From Lingula anatina (Eukaryota > Animalia > Brachiopoda), in the NCBI GenBank assembly GCA_051362555.1, contig CM120646.1, forward strand, positions 20,460,001-20,524,000: DNA of 64,000 nucleotides. Reading direction: 5' to 3'. Positions 36,951 to 49,900 of this stretch are shown here, piece by piece. Numbering within the stretch: the first letter of the stretch is position 1; each line of letters starts with the position of its first letter. The position numbers and the translations under genes are program-made. The notes beneath the pieces are model-generated. The model ran no database searches and had not been told where the DNA came from. It saw only the letters and a program-made list of their open reading frames with translations.

Positions 36951-39593
36951 TAGACACACCGTGTAAATACATACCAAAATATTTCCTGATACCTGTTAAT
37001 TTGAACAAATGTACACTTAGTTTTTCTAGGCTGTTACTTTTAAAAGTTTGACTGTGCTGTGGTTTTTCCTCATGACATGACTGATTGGAATTCACGTAAG
37101 TAAGGGTAAGTATTGAGTACAAGAGATGATATAAATTGGTTGTAAAGTTGTTAAATGAATGGAATGTGCATATAAAAAAAACATGCAACGTTTGTTTGGC
37201 GAATATATTTTGTATGTCTTATATTTTCCGATACCTGCTAATTTAGATAAATGTAAACATTATCCATCTTTTGATACGTCTTATGTTTATTAAGTAAATT
37301 CATTTCCGTCTACATTTTATGCATCTATTGACCTTAAGAATTTTACAGGTTGCGGAATGTTTGAAGAGATGCCAACAGCTGAGAAATCTCACTTCACTAT
37401 TGACAATTCGTGACATGACGCAAAACTGCATTTGGAAATATTTTGTTGTTGACTTGAACAAAAAAATGTTGCACTAATCAATATTGATAAAATAGTTTGT
37501 TTTTCCAGGTTAGCCAGGCAGCGAATTAATTTTTCGTTTTTTGGTCTACCTTTGTGATTTTAATATCAATCTTAACGAGTTTTTAATTTCTTTTACAGGA
37601 TACGTCACTTAAATGGCATTCAATTTAATTTCAGGCAATACTAAATATCATTGCACCTTTTTCGGTTTAGGACTCCTGGACTTACAGTCTGCGTAATTTC
37701 AGACGATGAATCATAATTCTTTTCATAAGCATACCCCTTCTGTTTCGCCCACTTACCCCTTGTAATGTTAAACATCATCGATAGTGCACATGCACATTTG
37801 AAGGTGACAAGCAAATATTAAGATTATGATTAATCTACGTTATTGGAAGTCCCTTCAATAAAATTATGTTTTCGGGTTGCGAAGAATAAAATTGGAGAAT
37901 AGTTTGACTCTCTCGACAAATTGCCTTAATTAAAGTCCTAATCACTGGCATTTCGACGATCTTCTTAAAATGATCTTGTCAGTTGATAATGTGGTTATAT
38001 TGGCAATCAAAAGATCGAGTGGAACAAATGATTTAATGAGAATAAATGATGCAAGGATAAATGGCCATATTTGGATATTATTTGATATATTGTGATGAAT
38101 AAAATGATTAAGATGTGACGGATATCAATGTGGTTATGGATGACTGAATATGTGGAGTTGAGGTATAAAAGTGTGCGCATGACGTGATATAAATACTAAA
38201 ATCTGGGACGCCAGATAAATATTAGCATCTGGGACGCCAGATTCCGTTATTATTATTTTTATTATTAGCATAAGTATTATTGTTGGACAAATTATCATAT
38301 TATTAGCATGGTTCCATATATGTTTTATTGTTATCATAATCTTTTGGATGAATAATACTATGGCAAGGTAAAAATATTGCCTATTAAATGTGATTGTATT
38401 CAAGTTTGATAATGATTATTATAATATACGTAGTTAAGTTTTTCTTGACATGCATTTCTGCTTCATTCATTTTGGATATATTCGTAAACGCTGGACATGG
38501 ACATTCGTGGATATACAGGAAACTGTGAACATTTATCTACACGTATGGCAACGTGCGCGAATAAGACGTTTATCCATATACAATGAGTGGCAGATGACAA
38601 TCGATATGCACTGTCTAGAAGGACGGATTTGACATTATATGCTAACTGAACTTCGTGCTAAAATTCAAAATGGATGCAACGGATTATACCAAATGGAACT
38701 TTTCATTTGAGTGGATATGAACTTTAAATTTTACGAGTTAACTTTGAGTTATATGTTATTGCATGTGGTTATAACGACACATTAAGTATTGTGTGTTGAA
38801 TATTAAATACGTTTAGTATTAATCATATATCTATATTCAGTTTGTCGGTCTTATAATTATTAGTTATTGATATTTAATTATACGATTATTGGTACAGGAA
38901 CAGTGTGCTTAGCTTTTGCAAAGATGATGACGTGAAACTGATGATATCCATAAGGAAGATTCTTACTTTATTATTTTTCGGTATGTTATTGTTCAATCGA
39001 AGATTGGGTTTGATATAAAACGATTGTTTCTCTTATAGCCATCAAATGAGAGCGCTATCGTGTGGATAAATATGAAGATAAACAGGTAGTTCGTCATCAA
39101 CGATGCGCTGGTCGCAACGTTGTGTGGTGAATGCTGTTTCTTCGGCAGGGAGTAGCTAACCCAATTGTCTCACGTAGTGCATCCCAAGAACATCCCAAAT
39201 GGCAAACGAAGGAGAGAAACTATATAATAAAATGTGTCAGAGCCATAATAAGAGAGTAACAGATTTAAACATCTGCGCAGAGAAAACAAATAAAAATATC
39301 TGTGCTCTTGGGCCGCACATTGGAAGGTGTAAATGCCGATACGAAATATATCCACGAACATTTGTATTTTCATAAAAATTTATCAATCTATCTTCCTTTA
39401 AGTTATATTTGGGGTTTCATGTCAATTGTATTTCTATCTTATCGTAGGTTTATAATACAAAAACTATGTACTTAGTTTTGTTTTGCATGAATTTATGACA
39501 GAAGACAAATGCATTGTTTAAGAAAGTTTATTTTTAATGTATATTTTAATTTTAAATATGCCTGGGGACAGGCATATCGTCCCCGGGAGATAA

Positions 39594-39851
39594 TGTAACG
39601 TTAGTAAGTGACAGCGTGCAGCGAATAAGAGCGGGGAGTGTTTTGTAGTGTCACTTTAGTTGATTGACACGACCTTATTGTACTTAAGCGAAGAATGTAA
39701 TGTAGACGGAGAGAACGATGTAAGAGGTTGAACGTAGAGGAATAAACTGTAGATAGCGTAGTTAGAAAGCGATAATAAAGAATATGGGAAAACATGGAAT
39801 TGTTTAGTTATTACCTCGCGCCACCAAGACAAAGTCAGTAGCGTCGTCACA
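39594..39851 (+). repeat. 3' LTR (258 bp), preceded by a short purine tract GGGAGATAA
   Basis: Same sequence as the 5' LTR. Confidence 0.95.
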
Positions 39852-41262
39852 TAGTTTTGTTTATGAAAAAACTTTTTTACACAATCGTAAGTATATATTC
39901 TGAGAAACATAATACAGATGCGCAAATACATGTAGATAACTTTGGAAAATAGAAACAGAAACTGTTTCTTAGACTGTTCTGTTCTTATTTAATATATTGT
40001 ATCATTTGTTGAAATGTATTTATTGTAATTTAACTACACCCACCGCTGCAGATAACTTTATATCTAAGTATTATGACTTTGCATGAACACGAAGAATTGA
40101 CAATGATAACTCTGTAGCGCGCGAGGTAGGCGGTGCAAGAATGTTGTTCCCACCCTCCAAGCCTTGAGTTTTGATTAACCCCTTATGGTGGGAAGGGGGT
40201 TTTAATGAAGAAAATGTGGACTTTGTAATAGGAAAGTTTTTTAGGGCGACTAATTATGAATTAATGATATGATGAATATTTCTATTTCACAATATAGATA
40301 ACGATTGAAATTCGAAAACGATATTTTTGTTGCAGTAGCAATATGCATTGAAAAGAATTGACATTTGTTAATTGACTGTACTTTCATTTGATGAACAGGT
40401 GAGTGTGCATTCCCATTTAGATCATTTTCATTGCTTGTTAATACGAATTGGCTAGTGTAGTGTTGTACAGTTATTTGCCTTGCTTCCATGGCAAGTGTAT
40501 TGCCTGCTTTCAATAGTTCGATGTATTCTGCATTTTTTTCCGCTCACCCTATTTGAATGAGCCGCCTGAATATTTCTAGGGTGTTAATGTACGTTTTGGC
40601 AATTGAACTGAATCCTCTACAGTATTTGTATCAGTTATAAATCTCGCCTTCTGTAATATAAACTCATCAAACCTCATTAAATCTTTTTTATACAGATATA
40701 CTTTACCGAAATTACCTACAAAACCTATTCCGGGCTCATATTCTATGAATAAATCGGTCTGTTTGTTTAGTTTTCCTAAAATGCCTCAAATTTGACCTCA
40801 TTTGATTCCATTTTACGCAGACGTGATTCAATGTTACATAAATTTCATTACTTTTCTGTTTAAAACTTTAACTACTTAATGATATAGAAAGAATTATTCT
40901 CAGGTATTAAGACTCTATTCTATAACACTTAACTATAAATGCTTTCCTTTTCCTACCCCCATTTTTCTGTAATTCAACCAAGCTTCGCCTGCAGTTTAAT
41001 ACTTGTGTCATTCATAAAACTCTCAAATTGTAAAGTAAACTTTCAAAATTCAATAGAATATATGTAATAAACATGGACTTCATCACAAATTATCCAAATC
41101 ATAGTATTGGCTCATATTATCTGAATAAATAACTTTTACTGGTTCGTTTTCATGAAAAAGCCTCCAATTTTACCCTATTTTTTCCCATTTTACGAAGACA
41201 TCATTCAATGTAATATAACTTTTAACTCGTATGTTTAAATTAATCGTTCACCTACAAAGTGC

Positions 41263-41367
41263 TATATAAGAAAAGCTATAACCTACTCATTCAATTATAT
41301 GAATCGATTTCCTCACATAACATCCCTACTTGTCTTTATATAAAAATGCATGAAGCAGAAGGTAAGC
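41263..41367 (+). other. Candidate TATA promoter and frameshifted signal-peptide exon for the downstream Ly6 exons
   Basis: TATATAAG at 41263 and an Inr-like TCATT at about 41287. ATG 41299 gives MNRFPHITSLLVFI then TAA. One base out of frame the sequence continues KMHEAE-G to a strong phase-1 donor (AAG/gtaagc, 41362). Confidence 0.4.
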
Positions 41368-41486
41368 TTATCTGTGCATGCCTAAAACAACCCCCGACGT
41401 TATAGATATACTGTAGTTTGCAATCCCTTTGCTGTGAGCAGACGTGGCTTGGCGTGTAGGTCAAAGCTATCATATCGTTACGCAGT

Positions 41487-41546
<60 letters not shown>

Positions 41547-42070
41547 GGTACATACGAACCGAGCATCGGTGGAGCGTGGATTCCCAGTAACACATGTAAA
41601 CCACTTCTACTAGATTCTAATATGACTCAAATAAAATCGACATGCCAGGGATAAACTGAATCCGTTCAAACATCATTTTCGGGTAAAATTAAACAATGCC
41701 TTTTGGTAATTCTCTTAGTTATACTACTTGAAACTATATGCTGGCATTTGGTTGGATTTTGTGACAAAAATTGACTTTGTATGCATCTTTAAGTATTTTT
41801 TTTTTAACTCTGCTGCTAATTAGTTGTGTCACGATGTACTAGTTAGTGGAAGTTTTGTGTTTATGTCAATGATTGTCCCTTATGCGTGAAGATTTTTCAC
41901 TGGTGATTGTGGCAACAATTCAAAATAAAATAATTAAAAATTCTGTTGATTTCATCAAGAACATGTTTTATCCAGATCTGATTTACATTTGCAAGGTTTT
42001 AGGGGTTTGGGCTGTTAATGTAAATAACATATTTTGTGAAAGACAGTTCATGACTGCATAAAGTATAATA

Positions 42071-43726
42071 CAACATTGGTCAAAAAGGTTGTCCCACGCC
42101 CATTTCCATGTACTTTTATTTGCAAATGATCAGCTTACAGGTGTAAATTGTTGTAACTAGTGCTTTTTATTCCAGATACCATGTCTAACATGATTAATGG
42201 TTCAAAAAATACAAAATAGTGGTGAAAATATGCACATTTTATGCCATTCAGTCAAATTTATAACAGGTACCCCCTCAAATCCAATGTTTCAATGTAATTT
42301 CTGCAGATGTAAAGAAATGTCTATTAAATTGAAAAGACGCCATCAAATTTACACACAATTTACACACAATTTGCATTAGGATGTGCTCGTTAAAGGTCAC
42401 GTGCCTAATAGCGCGTGCGTCTACCGCGTACTGCAATTATTTCCTGTAGATGACGCGACAAGCCTTCAACAAGGGTAAAAATTCTGTTTCTTGTGATATT
42501 ATCCCATTCTTCCTAAACAGCTTGGGGGAGTTGGTCCACGTTTTTATGGGGTTGGTTCTCCTCTGCATTGCACACTCCAATTCATGTCACAGGTGATTAG
42601 TAAGGTTAATATCAGGGCTCAAAGATGGTGTTTCCATCCCTAGAACATTGTGTTTCTACAACAAATCACTTGCCAGGCGAGAATTGTGAGCAAGTGTGCT
42701 GTTATGATGAAATCTGGAGTTAACCCTAAAGTCAGTTCTTGAAGGAGTGAGATATCAGCTGAGAATGCTACGTTCAGTGATCCCACAGGGACCTGAACCT
42801 GGCCATCCATCACTGGAAGGAAGTCCGTTTTGCTGCAGAATCAAATAATTTTTTGTATCCCATCGATGGTCAAATGAGGGTCCGTAGACATGTTGAAAAA
42901 TGCCTCTTGGAAGGGTGTGTGCAGGATAATATCGCCTGAGGTGTTAGAGCAGTCGGCATTTGGGGAACATTCCAAGCCCGTACATTGTTCCTTCTGGAAC
43001 AAAACGTAACTGGGGCATTTTACGGTAACATTCTCAACAGATAGCTCGCTCCATTTGCAAGAGGTGACTTCAGGGATGCTACCGGCTTCATTGAGACAAC
43101 GCACCTGCTCACAGCTCTCGTCTGGCAAGTGATTTGTTGCTGAAACACGGGGCTCTAGGGATGGGACAACCGTCTTTGAGCCCTGATATTAATCCTACTG
43201 AGCACCTGTGGCATTAATTGGAATGTGCATTGCAGAGGAGAACCAATTCCGAAATAATCTTGACCAATTCCGCCAAGCTCTTTAGGATGGATGGGGCAAT
43301 ATCCCACAAAATAGAATTATTACCCTTGTTGAAGGCTTGTCGCGCAATCTACAGGAGATAATTACAGTACGCGGTAGACGCACACGCTATTAGGCACGTG
43401 ACCTTTAACGAGCACATCCTAATGCTAATTATGTGTAAATTTGGTGACATTTGATGACGTCTTTTCAATTTAATAGACACTTCTTTATATTTGTGGAAAT
43501 CACAGTGAAACATTGGATTTGAGGGGGTACCTGTTATAAATTTGACTAAATGGTATAAAATGTGCATATTCACACCACCATTTTGTATTTTTTGAACCAT
43601 CGATCATGTTAGACATGGTATCTGGAATAAAAAGCACCGTTTATGACAATATACACCTGTAAGGTGATTATTTGTCAATAAAAGAACATGGAAATAGGGG
43701 TGGGACAACCTTTTTGACCAATGTTG
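42071..43726. mobile_element. Tc1-derived fold-back element, copy 2 (1656 bp, TA TSD)
   Basis: TA-caacattggtcaaaaaggttgtcccac...ggacaacctttttgaccaatgttg-TA. Collinear with, and in the same orientation as, 10026-11688. Transposase remnant SPDINPTEHLW at about 43178-43211. Confidence 0.9.
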
Positions 43727-43843
43727 TATAAACAATTTATTCATTAATTTATTTGTATGTTTGTTTGCACACTTTTTAGTACAAAATACAATATTTTCGT
43801 ATTTTATAACTGTGAAGGATACACTCTTTTGTCAACATTCCAG

Positions 43844-44522
43844 GTCGCAAGTGCTACATTTGTTCATATGTACAGTCCGCTGACCCTTCGCTCGGTTACG
43901 AGTGTGTGGACGGCGTGACCAAAAGTCATGCCATTACGTGTGCATCAGATCGAATATGTGTGGTCAAACGTGTCACGTTACTCGGTAGGTTGACCATCGA
44001 TATCGCAGTTTTACATCATTATTTTTTGTTTGGTGGCGTTTGAGTAGACTTAGCTAAAGAATGAACTCTGCCAGCCGTATATTCATGCATCCAACGTAAT
44101 TTATGACTAGTAGAATACGCAGTTTGTTAGGAGACACATCACTGATTTGGTTATTCGTTCATACTAGTTGAAAAGACGATCACACAATTAAAACAATCAC
44201 ATTTTTCATAGTTTATTTAGCGTTATTTTTTCCCCTTTTGTTAGCTACGAACAAAGTTAATTCATTTGAACGCGGCTGTCTACCAACATCTTCCGTCACA
44301 GCAGGCTGCGCTAAAGATGTCTACTTCAACACGTGCACGACCACGTGTTCTGGACATTTGTGCAACACAGGGACTGGAATACCGGACAGCGGAACTACAT
44401 CAACTGGTCGGTCCGTCGTCGGTATATATTTTTCCGGTGTCGGTAGTTTGAAGAGCAGTCCATTCTCGTTTTTAGTTTTGCTCACATTGATGCTTTGGCA
44501 CAAGAGTGTGTTTGGGTATTAA
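43844..44522 (+). CDS. Duplicated terminal exon pair of the Ly6/uPAR gene (one 10-Cys domain plus GPI-type tail)
   Basis: Exons 43844-43984 (141 nt, same size and phase as 29220-29360) and 44245-44522. Frames are open, splice sites canonical, all 10 Cys kept. The upstream partner exon is uncertain. Confidence 0.75.
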
Positions 44523-45640
44523 CTTTTACCCTGTTGTGTAACTTTCAGGCGGGTTTTCGAACTGAACACTTAACATTATTCTGCTTGTTTTTACATATCA
44601 AGGATAGGTGAACCTTGAGTTCACCAGAATAGTTTTAAAAAGCACATTATATAGATATTAGCTCGACATTACCATTCAAAACAAATTAAGCTAATAATGC
44701 TTTATATTTCTTCATTTCCGTTGTATTTTAATCGTTTATGTGAAAAAGGTTTTGAAAAATAATAATTACAATTCAAGATTTGGTGTGTCGTGATGCAGAT
44801 GTGCAAATAGATACTGGAAATTAGGAACAAAATGTGTCTCTCATTCCGTCTCCAGTTGGCGCTGATTTTATCTTTTATTAAAATGTCGATATTGTAATTT
44901 TGTTACATACACCACTGCTGATAACTTAATATCCAAGTATTTTGACTTTGCTTGAAGCTGAAAGATTGCAAGTGATAATTGTAGGAGGGGAACGACGTAT
45001 ACACTAGTATTGATATTGGTGCCATCCCGTAGAAGAAGCTACATGTTTGTGTCAATTGCTGCACATTCCAAGAGCGGACAGAAATTAATTTTGGGGAATT
45101 TGTGTTGCCTGTAGTGATGTAGAGTTGTGTAGTGATGTACAGTAGTTTGTTTTTAGTTTTTTTAATTTTAATTGCCATTAAGTTATTACTTATTCTGATG
45201 CGTTTGAAACTATTATATTTGAGACCCCATATATTCGAATGTAATAAAAGCGCTTCACTGTATTCGAACAAAGCTATTAACTTCGGAAAATAGAGTATTC
45301 TGTCGTTGGGTTGTGTACATAATATTCAACGCAATTTACACGGATATTGATTATGTAGATTAAAGTTTACCCAGTGTTTGTCATAAAGTAGGTGTTTCTT
45401 CAGTCTCTTTCCAAACAAGCCAATAAGGCGTGTCGTAATGACCATATGATTTTTTTACAACTTTTATCTAATTTCTAACATCTATTGTTTCCGATTTTAA
45501 TCTGGTTCTTATCAGTATTTGTGCGAGCGAAAAATTAGTAAGTCAGTGCTTAGTTCCAATGTATCTTACCGTCAACAATGAGACATGGCAGTGGCGTCTA
45601 GTTTATACGTTTAAAGTTAAAATCAAATAAATGCCAATAT

Positions 45641-46048
45641 ACACTCGACCAAAAAAAGTTCAGAAACATGATTTTTTTTCTTTTTTTTAAATATATAATT
45701 TAAAAACTGTGGAATGATGCGTGCATTCTCCACCAATATCTGGTTAAAACACTTTCCGTTATCTTATTATTATTTTAGGTTCCGTTCACATGAAAAATCT
45801 ATTTTCTATTCGCGGTATCTTGTGATCACGGTCTGTGCCCTGAATACCCTGCGGCGTAATTACTGGCAGCGCGAGCCAGTTACTTCCAAAGCTGTAATTA
45901 ATTCTCGGCTGCGCTCGGAGTGATCACAAGATACCGCGAATAGAAAATACATTTTTAGAAAATAGATTTTACATGTGAACGGAGCCTTATATCTTGGTTA
46001 TCTTATAATTATTCAAAACAACGATGTTTCCGAACTTTTCTGGTCCAA
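45641..46048. mobile_element. Decayed Tc1-like MITE that hosts a younger MITE
   Basis: Imperfect TIR gaccaaaaaaagttcagaaacat (about 45647) / atgtttccgaacttttctggtc (about 46024-46045). Confidence 0.5.
45778..45986. mobile_element. 209-bp PIF/Harbinger-type MITE (TTA TSD)
   Basis: tta-GGTTCCGTTCACATG...CATGTGAACGGAGCC-tta, with long inverted arms. Confidence 0.8.
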
Positions 46049-46969
46049 CAAAGTTCCATGTCATGATAAATTACTTTCTTATCAGGAATTTAATGTTTAA
46101 TGAAAATTTAACAAAAATATCCACATGACAGAGAATTGGATAAATTAAAATATACATTGCATTTTATTACATCTAGTAAATAATGATATAATCATATTCC
46201 TTTATAATGCACTTTGTCCTTCAAACCTTCAAGGAAAGAGTTAAAACTATTTTTGCTTTCTTCTTCTCGATTGATCACTTCTAAAATCATAATATGCAAT
46301 TGTCATTAATTGACATAATTAATTAAATGGTATTAATTGTAAACGCCTGTATCTCCCGAAAACACAGCACCATTGGTTTCAATTCCTTGACTTAAAAAAA
46401 AAGATCAATTCTAATCGTTAAAATGGTTATTAGAAAATAATTAAATCAATTTGCCTAAAGACATACAGTACAGTGCACGCGGTGAAGATAAAATGCAAAT
46501 TGCGTATGTCCCATAACGTGCAAAGCGTTCCATTTGCATCACAGGCTGCTTATTCCTCTAGGTTAAAAGCGATATAAAACAATAAAAATGTTGAAAAATA
46601 TGTGTTTGATTCAAACACCCAATCACAGTCCGGTTTAAAAATGCAGCACTACAGCGTTTCCAGTTTCAAAGCTGTGTCACACTTATTTGACTGAACCAGT
46701 CAGTGTAGGTTTCTACAATCCTATGCAGGATATAAGACGTCCGTACAACAGCGGACAACCTACAGCTAAATCATAGCCATTCACAAAAGTTGTTTCCTGC
46801 ATGGTTCCGTTTTTTTGTTCAACAGTCATATGATTTAATCTTATACAATATTCCAAAGTCATTTTTCGAATTGACATTCTGATTTCATATTTCCTATAAC
46901 TAACTATTTTCATTATTCAAGCAAATATCCCCTATTGTTCTTTATCTTAAGACCTAACATTGAGAAGAA

Positions 46970-49900
46970 CTAAGCCGTATGAGTCTCCGTAGTACTTTGA
47001 GGTGCATAGACATACTTCAATTTATCAATCTCCTTATAAATCTTCTCAAACGACAGTTCTCGCTGAATACGGTCGCCATTCTGCGCCAATGCAATGTTTT
47101 GTTTCGATTTCCTGTTACTTTTCATTGCCTTGGATACGTGACTCAATACCTTGGCGTAGTTTGTAAGGGAATCTAGCGATGGGACCGGTGGATAGCCTGC
47201 GTACGAGTCGGAATAAAGCATGGCTGATTCGCTAGGAAGAAGTTCAGCAGCTTTATTGTCCTCTGTATCTGTTTGTTTTGACAGTTGAGGTTTAACTGAC
47301 ATTTGTTCCTTTTTAGGGGCATTGCCCGATTTGCCACCTCGGTTCTTATGGCTTGGTTCAGACTCTTGACCATCAGCTTTTTTATTATTGGCTACGCTAG
47401 ATGGTGATGTTTTGTGTGGATGGCGTGGCGGCTCTACTCTCCTCTGTCCAATCTGAGCATTTGGTCCGCCAGTTTGATATTTATGGCCTTGGTCGCGAGC
47501 GTCGTTTCCTACAGATGGTAAATCAGTCTTTGGTATTTCAGAAGCGACGGTATTGGTCTTAGAAATGGCTGCCGGGATTGTATTTTGAACAGGATCCATT
47601 CCAGAATGTTCTAGTGGTGCGCCATCGACAATCGGCCTCCCTTGAACGGTTGGTATGTTGATGGGATTAGTTTTTTTAGGGGCCAAGGCCTGTGGTAAAA
47701 CCGCTGGTATTGGTTGCGGTTCTATAGTTGAATCTGATTTTGGATAAGATTGATTTGCACCGCGAGGTGAAGGGCCCATATGACTGAGTTGCTCCGAAAT
47801 GTTGCCTGATTTGTGAGTGGAAATGGCGGGGTTGGATGCTTTTGGTGCAACTGGCCCTGATCCACCTTGGAAAAAATTTGGGGAATTGTCTGTCAACTGT
47901 TTTTGAACATAGAAGTTACTCTGGTTATGAGACGAAAGCCGTTGTACATTGGTCGGCTGCTTTTCTACCAACGTTGGACCCGGTGCAACTGCATCTAATC
48001 CCATGGTAGTTCCATCACCAGGTGTTAGTGTTTCCCCGTGTTGTACAGAGGTGAGGCTACTCTGTCTTTGTGTGTTGATAATCGCAGATTCTAAAGTTCT
48101 TGGGGGAATTTGAGCCTCATTTAAAACAGCCGGCACTTCTTTGGCGTAGGCAGATGGAGTGCTAGAATGAACAGCAGGCTGCTGTTGCGAATGATACTTA
48201 GATTCTTGTACAGCAGTGGGGCGTTTGAGCTCTAAATAATTTTGATGGTGTGAAACTGGTGTTGTAGCCTGGTTTACAATTATTGAACTTTGCACATTTT
48301 TCTGTGTAAAAGAATTCCCATTTTCTACATATTTACTGTGCTGATCTATATAATTGTCCGCAATTATATGGGATACTTCTTCGTGTTGTAAGTTCTTTGT
48401 CTCTTCACCAAGCTCTTTCTCGCGCTTGCTAACCTGCACGTCAACGCCGTTGGTTTGTACGCCTATGTTGTTAACATGTATAACACCTGCCTGCGACTGC
48501 AGGGCTGCAGTGTCATAGTATATGCCATAAGAGTTTGTCTCCACCCCTTGAGTGGCTGGCACAGAGTCCACCAAGGGGCTATCGACTAAAAAATGAACTC
48601 GCTGGTAGTAAGGTTGGTTTGAGTGTCTGTCGTGTGACGTCACCACATGCCCGTTTGCGTTGGTTCCTTGTGACGTCATATTGTGTGCATTCTGCGTTTG
48701 GTCAAGCAGAACCGCTGGATATAATTTACCTTCGTTTTCGACATAAATGACTTTTTCCTGATTCTGCTGTGAACTGCCATTGCGTGTATCGTTGCTATGG
48801 CCATTATCCATGACGTACATTGGCTGAACTCTTTGGTCTTGAGGCACTTGGTGCGGATAACCATTTGCTTGGGGTTGGTGTTCTGGAAGTTGCATGATAA
48901 CCGGCTGTCGCTCTGTTCTGATACTGTAATCTGGTACAGTTTGTTTGTTGCTGAGTGATTGTTGTTGAACAGGTGCTAGTGTATAGAGTGACTGCTGCTG
49001 TTGCGGATAAAGATTTCCGCTGTTTTGGTTATAGACAGAGTAGCCAGCTGGCAGCGGTTCATGCAACGTGTTCTGCGATTGTCCGAGTACATTCGGCAGA
49101 GTCCGATTTGGATTAAGTTGATTATATGTAACCAACTGATGGTCAGTTCTAGTCTGTTCATTCGTAGGTCCAACTGGTCGAAAAACGTACTCGCCGTTAT
49201 TTTGCTGTACCTGTTCCATAACGACATACCGTGGGGCGGCATTGGAGACACCCGGAAGGAGATTATAAGGACTAAAATCGCTTTTGTTGTATCTCAAGCT
49301 CGGCTCTGACATAGTCTGATAGATCTTAGCGTTTGTATCGTCAGTACGTGGGCTTAGATAGGGCACTTGGTCCGTGGCAGAGTGTCGGCCAATATGGCGG
49401 TCAAGGGGATGAGCAATCCTTCTATTGCGGCGGGTAAGGGGCTGCACGCGATGGGGAGCTCTTTTCCTCTGATACGTGTCATCGCTGTACGCATGGTGCG
49501 AAAACCGATGGGTTCGTGCCACGTCGCTGTCATAGGCGCGATGTCGCTCTTGAGGTCTATTGCCGTACAGGTGATAATGCACATTGCGTTTATTGTGATC
49601 TCCGTGAGAACTGTTTGAGTCATCTGAATTTTCATTAAAAGAATCCAGATCTTGGAGATACATGTCTTTTTCACTGTCTTCGTCGTACGTGTTTTCTGTG
49701 TGGGGTTTCCGTATATTTCGGGCGGGGCGTTTATTCCTGTGACGAAATTTGCTACGCTTCTTAGTGTTGTGATGAGAAGGTTCTGAGAAGCGTTCCTCTC
49801 TCTCAGCAAGCCCGTCCTCGATCCATTTTTTAATAGAACTTCTTTTTCTCTCCCACGTGGCTCGGATTTCGTCTTGATGCCTGTCTTGAAGCTCCTTCTT

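Larger units (their letters stand above)
30148..39851 (+). mobile_element. Full-length Ty3/Gypsy LTR retrotransposon (9.7 kb) with integrase chromodomain
   Basis: Two 258-bp TG...CA LTRs, PBS, gag, PR-RT-RH-INT-chromo pol, and a purine tract before the 3' LTR. Confidence 0.97.

Noticed and set aside
36374-39593. env gene in the Gypsy 3' region
   Set aside because: No long ORF, signal peptide, furin site or TM anchor on either strand.
46970-46990. C-terminal PDZ-binding motif or N-myristoylation of the large orphan protein
   Set aside because: The C-terminus THTA lacks S/T at -2, and MGKGDK lacks the preferred S/T at position 6; too weak to call.
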